Below, piece after piece: positions 33,153 through 39,893 of a stretch of DNA of 45,164 bases. The first letter of the stretch is position 1. Each line of letters starts with the position of its first letter. Both the position numbers and the translations under genes were made by a program. The stretch comes from a virus, in IMG/VR virus record IMGVR_UViG_3300003465_000014, positions 1 through 45,164 of that record; one strand, given 5' to 3'. The notes under the pieces were generated by a model that saw nothing but the letters and a program-made list of their open reading frames with translations, made no database searches and had not been told where the DNA came from.

Positions 33153-33799
33153 GCGACGACCCTCAGCGTGGGGGCCTGAAAATCGGGAAACAGGCCGTAC
33201 TGCTTTTGCAGTTTCAGCTTGAGCTCACCGATGTAATCGCTGAATTGGAGCACCGCTGCGGCTAGCTTTTCGATGAACTCTTCGTCGCGGTACTGGCGCA
33301 CCAGTGCGGGTGGCAATACAGGATGCCACGACAGCGTATCCACCCACGCCCGCTCGCAAATCCAGAGTTGGCCCTGCACTTGCGCCTTGTACCCAATGCC
33401 ATCGGCATCCAGGAGATAGCCGACGTGTGTTCCCGCGGCTGGCACCTTGATCTCCAACAGGCCATCCGTGCCGACAAACCGATCCGGCGAGCAGCCTGCG
33501 CGCCGATCGTCGCGAAGGACGAATCCCACGGGCAGGGTATCGGTTTCCTTCTGGAGTTCGTACCACGAGACCGCGCGCTGTTCGAGCAGGCTACCGCGGA
33601 GCATGAAGCCCGACGTGGCATTGTCTAGTGGCTCGCCGAGTAACGCCTCGGCGATGAGCTGGTGCGCGTAGCCGTCTGCCTGACTACTGAGCTTGAGCGT
33701 TTTCTCGGTGATGATCTTGTGAAAGCAGGAGGCCGTGGGGATCGCAATCCGTGATTGCGCCCATTCCGTTGTTCCCTGCTGCACGTCGAGGACGATCAT
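33149..33799 (-). CDS. YqaJ-type recombination exonuclease (216 aa)
   Basis: QQGTTEWAQSRIAIPTASCFHKI..., ...GSLLEQRAVSWYE... and CSPDRFVGTDGLLEIKVP motifs. ATGA overlap with Erf. Confidence 0.8.
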   Translation of the reverse strand: MIVLDVQQGTTEWAQSRIAIPTASCFHKIITEKTLKLSSQADGYAHQLIAEALLGEPLDNATSGFMLRGSLLEQRAVSWYELQKETDTLPVGFVLRDDRRAGCSPDRFVGTDGLLEIKVPAAGTHVGYLLDADGIGYKAQVQGQLWICERAWVDTLSWHPVLPPALVRQYRDEEFIEKLAAAVLQFSDYIGELKLKLQKQYGLFPDFQAPTLRVVA

Positions 33800-34587
33800 G
33801 GTTGCGCCTTCCGGTTCTTCTTCGCTTTGAGCGCGTTTTTCGCTTCCTGGAAGCGCGTGGCGGGGAGGTCGCCGAGCTTCGGCACGGCGAGGAACCGGAG
33901 GAACCGCGCCCGGTCGGCACCGATCTCCTCCATCAGGTCCTCCAACTCCGTGAGCTGGTCGTCGCTGATAGGCGTCGGATCGACCTCGCGCGCTACGCCG
34001 TCCGAATCTTCCTCGGTCGTGTTGAGCCCGAGTACGGACTCCAGTGTCTTGCGCTGGGCGAACGAGAGCGCCGCGCCCATCTTCTGCTGGGGGCTCATGG
34101 CGCTTGGGTTGTCCACCGGCAGCGTGAAGGGCGCGCTCTCTGAGTGGCCGTTGACGTGGCGCAGCGTGCAGATACACGTCAGCATGGCACCGTCCACGCT
34201 GCTTGCCCACCCGTAAGAGAAGCCGTGCTTGATGAGCAGCGGCTTCACGATGCGAGCGATCTCCTCCAGTGGTGCATACTGGTATGAATAGGAGCCACCG
34301 CTTCGAGTAGCGATCTGCGCCGTCTTGTTTTTGCCGATGGCCGGACATTCTGCCTGGAAGGCCGTGAGTGCGCGGTTAAACTCCAGCGCCGCTTCGCGCT
34401 TCGTAACGCGCTCGTGGAGGTCTACCAGCTTCTCCAGTGCCTCGAAACCTGTGCCCTTCTCGATCGCGAGTTGCAGGAGTTGCTGGATAGACCCAACGCC
34501 ACCTTCAGCCATCGACTGCACGCCGTTCCCACCGCGCTCGTCGCGCAGGGCCGGGACGCCGGTTTGGACTTCGGCGGCGGCGCTCAT
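33796..34587 (-). CDS. ERF-family single-strand annealing protein (263 aa)
   Basis: FNRALTAFQAECPAIGKNKTA...YSYQYAPLEEIARIVKPLLIKHGFSY matches the ERF pattern. Confidence 0.75.
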   Translation of the reverse strand: MSAAAEVQTGVPALRDERGGNGVQSMAEGGVGSIQQLLQLAIEKGTGFEALEKLVDLHERVTKREAALEFNRALTAFQAECPAIGKNKTAQIATRSGGSYSYQYAPLEEIARIVKPLLIKHGFSYGWASSVDGAMLTCICTLRHVNGHSESAPFTLPVDNPSAMSPQQKMGAALSFAQRKTLESVLGLNTTEEDSDGVAREVDPTPISDDQLTELEDLMEEIGADRARFLRFLAVPKLGDLPATRFQEAKNALKAKKNRKAQP

Positions 34588-34769
34588 CTATCCCTCGCCT
34601 CATCATGCGCGTGATCGGCTCGGAACGCGGCGCGGTCTGCTTGGTAGTTCTCCTCACATTCCACGTCGCAGAACACAGTATCGTCGCGATTGGATACCGT
34701 GTGCTTGCCTTCCGGGTCTACGATCTTGCCGCAGTGGTCGCAGCGGTAATCACTGTTTGCGTAGCTCAT
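34584..34769 (-). CDS. Small zinc-ribbon protein (61 aa)
   Basis: ATG 34769 with GAGGGAG 5 nt upstream. CDHCGK...CDVEC. Confidence 0.55.
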   Translation of the reverse strand: MSYANSDYRCDHCGKIVDPEGKHTVSNRDDTVFCDVECEENYQADRAAFRADHAHDEARDR

Positions 34770-34783
34770 CCTTGCTCCCTCAT

Positions 34784-34867
34784 TCAGTCCTGCCACCAGT
34801 AGGCGATTTCTTTTCCCAGCCACCACACCAACACCGCCAGTAGCACCAACTGGAGCGCGAGCCTCAT
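34784..34867 (-). CDS. Possible 27-aa hydrophobic peptide
   Basis: MRLALQLVLLAVLVWWLGKEIAYWWQD with GAGGG 4 nt upstream. Below the ORF-track size cutoff. Confidence 0.3.
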   Translation of the reverse strand: MRLALQLVLLAVLVWWLGKEIAYWWQD

Positions 34868-34896
34868 GCAGCCCTCAGCCGGAACGATCGTCGCTC

Positions 34897-35685
34897 TTAC
34901 GCCACCTTGAACCTGGGCCTCGCGCAGGCGCGCGCGGGATGAACCACCGGGTACTCGTCCCACGTGCGTCCGTCCAGCAGCCGGCCGCCAGACTTGTAGG
35001 TCCGTCCGCCCCACTGCTTCCAGAAGAACGCGACCCCTTCGCGACGGCAGCGGTCGCGCAAACCGCGAGCCCATGCCGGATCGCACGCGCGGTGACGTGG
35101 CCCACTCTCGCCACCGCCGATCACCCAGTCGATGCCGCTCAGATCCAGATCGTCGAGCGGACCGAGCAGCGGCTCAGCCGAAATGAAGCGCACGGTAGCC
35201 TGCTGGATTCCGCGCAACGCATTCGCACGGCGAGCGACTTCCATGTTCTCGATGGATGTTCCCAGCCAGATGTTCGGACTCCATGGCAGTTCGTCGGCCA
35301 ACCGCAGCGCGCGCTCCGGACGCTTGGTGAGCACCTGGAACTGATGCCAGTGCGCCTCGTGCATCACCTCGAACACGCGCCGGATCTGCTCAAGGCTGAA
35401 GTGCGCATGAAAGACGTCCGACATGCTGTTCACGAAGATTCGCATGGGGGTCTTCCAGCGCAGCGGCTGGTCGAGCCGCTCCTCCCAGAAACGAGGCGCG
35501 AAGGGGTCAGCGCGACCAGCGGCGGTGTCTTTCACCGGCGGGCGCGACAAGTACGTATCACGCACTTTGGTGTGTGCCAGCAGCAGTGCGTAGCAGTTGT
35601 CACAGCCGGCGGAGATCTGCGTGCAACCCGTCATCGGGTTCCACGTCGCGTTGGTCCACTCGATACCGGTCTTGGTGGAGCTCAT
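34897..35685 (-). CDS. Phage Gp37/Gp68 family protein (DUF5131) (262 aa)
   Basis: TGIEWTNATWNPMTGCTQISAGCDNCYA is the signature N-terminus of this family. Confidence 0.8.
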   Translation of the reverse strand: MSSTKTGIEWTNATWNPMTGCTQISAGCDNCYALLLAHTKVRDTYLSRPPVKDTAAGRADPFAPRFWEERLDQPLRWKTPMRIFVNSMSDVFHAHFSLEQIRRVFEVMHEAHWHQFQVLTKRPERALRLADELPWSPNIWLGTSIENMEVARRANALRGIQQATVRFISAEPLLGPLDDLDLSGIDWVIGGGESGPRHRACDPAWARGLRDRCRREGVAFFWKQWGGRTYKSGGRLLDGRTWDEYPVVHPARACARPRFKVA

Positions 35686-35828
35686 GGGTTGGTAATCAGG
35701 CTGGCCGTTGGCAAGATTCGGTATTTATTCGGGAAACGCAATATGCTGCTAAATTGATGAGTACCAAGTCGTTGCACTTGGCAACGTAAGATCCACCACC
35801 GCCTGACTCAAATCCGGCGCCCCAACCT

Positions 35829-36044
35829 TCACGCCGCCCTTGTCGGGAGATGCAGTGCGATAAAGGCGTCGATCTTCGCGAGCAGACGCCGGCTCTCACG
35901 GTGTCCGCGCAAGACGAGATAGAGATGGTTCTCGCTGATGTCGTTGTCCTTTGCCCACCGCTGGGCCGATGTGCGCGCGAGCGCGAGCGCTGCCCGGAAA
36001 CGCGCCTTGCGATCAGCTCTTTCCCGTCGTACCGTCCGGTTCAT
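35829..36044 (-). CDS. Cro/Ner-like small HTH regulator (71 aa)
   Basis: Divergent from the CI-like gene. SAQRWAKDNDISENHLYLVLRGHRES HTH-like segment. Confidence 0.5.
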   Translation of the reverse strand: MNRTVRRERADRKARFRAALALARTSAQRWAKDNDISENHLYLVLRGHRESRRLLAKIDAFIALHLPTRAA

Positions 36045-36076
36045 TCCTCACCCGTTAGTCTGTCCTGCGGGATGGG

Positions 36077-36104
36077 AAGATACAGCAAGAATTGGTGCGC
36101 GCAA
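36077..36104 (-). promoter_or_regulatory. Candidate leftward early promoter TTGCGC-N16-TATCTT
   Basis: On the minus strand: -35 at plus 36099-36104 and -10 at plus 36077-36082, about 30 nt upstream of the cro-like ATG. Overlaps the TGCGCGCA palindrome. Confidence 0.3.
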
Positions 36105-36143
36105 GAGTTTTTTTCGTGTTCTCTCCCTTTTTAGCGTAATCCA

Positions 36144-36521
36144 TTGGCAGCCAAAGACTTCGGGCCTCGTCTGTCACGAGCACTGTTCCTTTACCAGTCC
36201 CGGATCGGCCGGCGGGTGGGGTACGCCGAGGTAGGGAAGGCGGTCGCTCACGCCGAGCGACGGCCACGGCCCTATAGCGTCAATGCCGTATCGAGCTGGG
36301 TGAACGGCGAGTCTGAGCCGGGGATAGAAGCCATGCGCGCGCTCGCATCCGTGCTCGGCGTAAGTGTTGGCTGGCTTGCGTTTGGCGAAGGCGGCTCACC
36401 CGTTGGTGACACGGGGCACATCTCGCCAAACGCCGAACACCCGCCGCTCCCGCGCGCGCCCATCAAGCCAATCACTACGACCGAACGGTCAGCAGGACAA
36501 CGAAAGAAAAAGCGGCGTTAG
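36144..36521 (+). CDS. CI-like XRE-family repressor (125 aa, TTG start)
   Basis: VGYAEVGKAV...YSVNAVSSWVNGESEPGIEAMRALASVLGVSVGWLAFGEG is a classic XRE HTH. One of the few plus-strand genes, divergent from the cro-like gene. Confidence 0.7.
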   Translation: MAAKDFGPRLSRALFLYQSRIGRRVGYAEVGKAVAHAERRPRPYSVNAVSSWVNGESEPGIEAMRALASVLGVSVGWLAFGEGGSPVGDTGHISPNAEHPPLPRAPIKPITTTERSAGQRKKKRR

Positions 36522-36796
36522 ACGAGAAAGAGCGCTGGCCGAGAGGACGGCAACCGTACACCGCGGTCCGTTAGCCATACCTCAAGACGCTGATAGGCAC
36601 CAATCCCGCATTCCGTCCGGCACTCGCCGTTATCGTCGTAGGCGATGAGGCACACTTCACCGCGAACGGTGCCTCCGGTGTGGTAGATCCCAGGTGCGGG
36701 AGGACTTGTCTGTGCGCTCTCTCGTCTCACGGGCAGCATCGCTCGGTAAACGTGTGGATGAGAAAGTACGATACAGACGTTTCCGCGCAAGGACAC
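36518..36796 (-). CDS. Hypothetical accessory ORF (92 aa, GTG start), convergent with the repressor
   Basis: Lower GC3 than the genome bulk. Lies after the palindrome that ends the late operon. Confidence 0.35.
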   Translation of the reverse strand: MSLRGNVCIVLSHPHVYRAMLPVRRESAQTSPPAPGIYHTGGTVRGEVCLIAYDDNGECRTECGIGAYQRLEVWLTDRGVRLPSSRPALFLV

Positions 36797-36798
36797 AC

Positions 36799-36832
36799 AT
36801 TGCCCATGTAGTAACGTTACCTAATGGGCAAT
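36799..36832. terminator. 34-bp near-perfect palindrome: candidate late-operon terminator or operator
   Basis: ATTGCCCAT-GTA-GTAACGTTAC-CTA-ATGGGCAAT, with 9-bp perfect arms and an inner 10-bp palindrome. No U-tract. Confidence 0.3.
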
Positions 36833-36857
36833 CACCACCCGGGACCGCCGTAACTGG

Positions 36858-37034
36858 CTAGTTGCCGGTGCCGTTCTTCGAGATCGCGTCGCGGAGCCCG
36901 AACACGCCGAGCAGGATGCCCCCGGCTTGGACGATCACCTCCGGTGTCACGGCCGGCGCCGTGAGGACCACGCTGGCCGCGGTGAAGATGCCGCCCCAGA
37001 CGGTTTTCGATTTGAGCAGTTTCTTGAAATTCAT
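36858..37034 (-). CDS. Holin-like small membrane protein (58 aa)
   Basis: Manual translation: MNFKKLLKSKTVWGGIFTAASVVLTAPAVTPEVIVQAGGILLGVFGLRDAISKNGTGN. Two hydrophobic segments. ATGA overlap with the amidase stop. Below the ORF-track cutoff. Confidence 0.55.
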   Translation of the reverse strand: MNFKKLLKSKTVWGGIFTAASVVLTAPAVTPEVIVQAGGILLGVFGLRDAISKNGTGN

Positions 37035-37579
37035 AGAGCCCTCGACTCGGTAGGTGTGGGAACTTCGGTTTGCAGCGTGCGGATTAATGCCTTCAAGCGG
37101 TCCATATCGAACAATGGGCCAGGGTCGTGCTTTACCTCAGCCTCGGGATGGCCCTTGGCACGCCACGCTTCTCGGATCACGGCGTGCGTCGTGAGACGGT
37201 CGAGCGTGATGGCGGGGTAGAGCTCCATCCAGCCCGCGACGACAGCCGCGCCGCTCACATATTGCGCGTCCACATACAGCTCTTTCCCATCGTTGCGGTT
37301 GGCGAACGCGAGGCCGAGCGAGAACTGGTTGACGTTATCGCGGCCGTCGAATGTTGAGACGCCGGCGTGCCACGCACGGCGGGATGGCTCCACGAACCGA
37401 TAGACCGTACCATCGCGGTCCACGAGGGAATGATACGAGACCTTGCTTTGGGGCGAGCGAATCCAACTGATTGACGCTTGTGCGTCGGCGGCAGCGTCGG
37501 CGTGAATGACCACCGTATCCACCCGCACGCCCTTGGGCCGGACGCCGTAGTTCGGCGAGGCGATGGCCACAACTCTCAT
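37031..37579 (-). CDS. N-acetylmuramoyl-L-alanine amidase endolysin (Amidase_2/AmpD-like, 182 aa)
   Basis: VVIHADA...VSYHSLVDRDGTVYRFVEPSRRAWHAGVS...FSLGLAFAN...THAVI...KHDPGPLFD. Confidence 0.85.
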   Translation of the reverse strand: MRVVAIASPNYGVRPKGVRVDTVVIHADAAADAQASISWIRSPQSKVSYHSLVDRDGTVYRFVEPSRRAWHAGVSTFDGRDNVNQFSLGLAFANRNDGKELYVDAQYVSGAAVVAGWMELYPAITLDRLTTHAVIREAWRAKGHPEAEVKHDPGPLFDMDRLKALIRTLQTEVPTPTESRAL

Positions 37580-37950
37580 GTGCGCCTGTCGTATCCGTGC
37601 ATGCGGTCTTGGGCGAGGCGATCGCGCTCCCGCTCTTCGAGCCCTTCGACCTTCTGCCGAATCTGGCGCACATCGCTGCGGAGTCCGTTCTCGCCGTCGG
37701 GGCCTACTACAAAGGCTCGGACTTCTGCGATGTCGGCCCGGACCTCAGTGAAGCTCTGATTCATCACTTGTGTGAGATTGGCGAATCGCCGATCATCGTT
37801 GCTCGTGCGATGCTTGCCCTTGTAGTGGGCGGTCACGGCGGCAGCGATGGACGTAGTGACCGTTCCAAAGCACGCTGCCAGCGTGATCCACAGTTCTTTG
37901 TCGGTATGTATGGTCGGTATGGTTGCCGCCGCAGCCTGCAAGAGAAGCAT
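37576..37950 (-). CDS. Membrane-anchored coiled-coil protein in the lysis cassette (124 aa)
   Basis: One TM segment (LWITLAACFGTVTTSIAAAVTA), then a helical region. ATGA overlap with the amidase. Confidence 0.5.
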   Translation of the reverse strand: MLLLQAAAATIPTIHTDKELWITLAACFGTVTTSIAAAVTAHYKGKHRTSNDDRRFANLTQVMNQSFTEVRADIAEVRAFVVGPDGENGLRSDVRQIRQKVEGLEERERDRLAQDRMHGYDRRT

Positions 37951-37962
37951 GGGGGTTCAGCG

Positions 37963-39891
37963 TTATGGGGAGGGGGGAGCAGAAGCCGTGGCGCGACGAC
38001 GTAGAACCGTCTGCCGAACCTGTTCTTCCTTGCTGGCCTTGTATCGGGCGTTCGCGTCCGCGCGGAGCTTGGTGACGACACGATCAATCGCGTTGGTGCG
38101 CTCTTCATCGGTCGCCGCGCGGTATTCCTCGCTCGCCATTAACTGGCCCAACACCTGCTCGACCTGTGGGCCGATCTCGTTCACGAGCGTGCGGTATTCC
38201 TCATTCGTGCGCTTCAGGGGGACGCCGAGCATCCGTACCGTGCGGCCCGGTTTCCCGATAGTCGTCTTGAGCCGGGCGAGTTCGTCCAGCACGGGCGTTT
38301 CCCGCGCTCTACGGAGAGAGGCGGGAGACGCGATATCCCCGATGCGTTCCAGCGCTGTGCGCTGTGGCAGTTCGCCGAGGGAGCCCTGCGCCCGCGGCGT
38401 AGTAGCCCGTGCACCGAGCCGTGACGCGATGCGCTCGGTGAGCGTGACGGGTGCACGGCGGTAAGGGTTTGCCGCACTTGCCACCCGGCCGACGATCGCC
38501 GGCGTTGGGATCTGACTCGCGATGAGCGACGTGAGTTTCCGCTCGGGTTCTGTGATAGCGTCGAGCACTCGCCGAACGCCCATGAGGTACGTCTGCTCTG
38601 TGAGAAAGCGCCCGGTCTCGCCTGCACCCTTGAGCGCGATCTCGCCCGCCGTGGCGTCTGGTTCTTCAGCGTGTTGCGCGATGGCCGCGCCCATGAAAAG
38701 CGCACCAGTCCAGGGCGCGAGAAAGCGACCGTCTACCCAATAGTCGCCGACGCGGAGTGAATAGGGCTGCATCCCGCGCGCTTCCCAATCGCCACGTTCC
38801 TGCGGGTTCGTCGGATAGGCACCCGTGATTTTTTTGTCCTTTGCCAACTTGTAGCCGAGCGCCATCAACGTTGCGCCGACACCCTGAACGGCGACACGGC
38901 GGGCGAGTGCTTGGGGGCTCTCAGCCGTCAGGAAGCTCAGGAAGCCAATGGGCGACATGTTCGCGGTCTTGGCCGCGATCGAGGACGGCACGCCCGTGAA
39001 CGGCAGTGTCATTTCCGCGAAATAGCTGCCGACCCTCCCAGAAAGTTGCGTCGCACGTTGCTTCTGCTGTGCGAGGGCCGATGCCGTGGGCTCTACCTTC
39101 GTGTCAGCCATCCGCTTGAAGGACTGCTTGAGGGCAGACGCTCCCTTCGCGAGCATCCCACGGTCCTTGAATGTCGCCCACATCGCGTCATCAGACGCCC
39201 GGGCGATCATTTCGTCGGTCGGGTTCTCGAAGTAACGCGCAGCGCGGGCTGCTAATTCCGCGCCTTTCGCCCCTTCCTTCATCGCCATCAGCTTTGCTTG
39301 GGCGTAGAGCGAACTATTGAGCGAGAGGAAGAAATACGGCCGGTCGGCTGCCTCTTGGACGGCGTAGGCGCCGTCCACCATCGCCTGAAGGGTCCTGTTT
39401 TTGTACTTCACGCGGTCGTATTCCAGCGCGTTGGCGACCTGCTCGGCGTCGAGTCGCGTGGAGAGCTCGTCCACAAACGTGCGGAGCGCACCGCCAAACT
39501 GGCCCTTCCGCATCTGTCGAAGCGCGAGGCCCGCGGCTTCACGCATCGGCTTGGTGCCGCGCCCAAGCCCGCGCACCATCGCGCCAATGCCCGACGCATC
39601 AAGGCTGGACGTGAGCGTGCGGAGTTCGGTCGGCGATACCTTGAAGCCCGTGCGCGCCGATTTCCCAATGGCGTTCAGGTAGTCGAATGCCACGGCCACC
39701 GGCTTTACGGCGAGTTCGTTGATGGCGTTCCATGCCGCGTTGCCGCCTGCTGCCTTGAGGAACGTCGAGGGGGCAGTAAGGAAGCCCGCCTTGAGCGCTG
39801 TGGTCGTTTTCTCGACGGCTGTGGCCTCGCGGAGTTCGGCGACGTAACGCGAGAGTTTTGCCTTGGCAAGCGCACAGGTCATCGGGGGCAT
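37963..39891 (-). CDS. Large internal-virion/ejection-like protein (642 aa)
   Basis: Position, size and helical Ala-rich composition with hydrophobic central segments. No enzymatic motif recognised. Confidence 0.45.
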   Translation of the reverse strand: MPPMTCALAKAKLSRYVAELREATAVEKTTTALKAGFLTAPSTFLKAAGGNAAWNAINELAVKPVAVAFDYLNAIGKSARTGFKVSPTELRTLTSSLDASGIGAMVRGLGRGTKPMREAAGLALRQMRKGQFGGALRTFVDELSTRLDAEQVANALEYDRVKYKNRTLQAMVDGAYAVQEAADRPYFFLSLNSSLYAQAKLMAMKEGAKGAELAARAARYFENPTDEMIARASDDAMWATFKDRGMLAKGASALKQSFKRMADTKVEPTASALAQQKQRATQLSGRVGSYFAEMTLPFTGVPSSIAAKTANMSPIGFLSFLTAESPQALARRVAVQGVGATLMALGYKLAKDKKITGAYPTNPQERGDWEARGMQPYSLRVGDYWVDGRFLAPWTGALFMGAAIAQHAEEPDATAGEIALKGAGETGRFLTEQTYLMGVRRVLDAITEPERKLTSLIASQIPTPAIVGRVASAANPYRRAPVTLTERIASRLGARATTPRAQGSLGELPQRTALERIGDIASPASLRRARETPVLDELARLKTTIGKPGRTVRMLGVPLKRTNEEYRTLVNEIGPQVEQVLGQLMASEEYRAATDEERTNAIDRVVTKLRADANARYKASKEEQVRQTVLRRRATASAPPSP

Positions 39892-39893
39892 AG

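Noticed and set aside
35770-35786. boxB/nut-like hairpin (CGTTGC-ACTTG-GCAACG) downstream of the cro-like gene
   Set aside because: It has only a 6-bp stem, its loop is not GNRA-like, and no boxA-like element or N-like protein was recognised. It could be chance.
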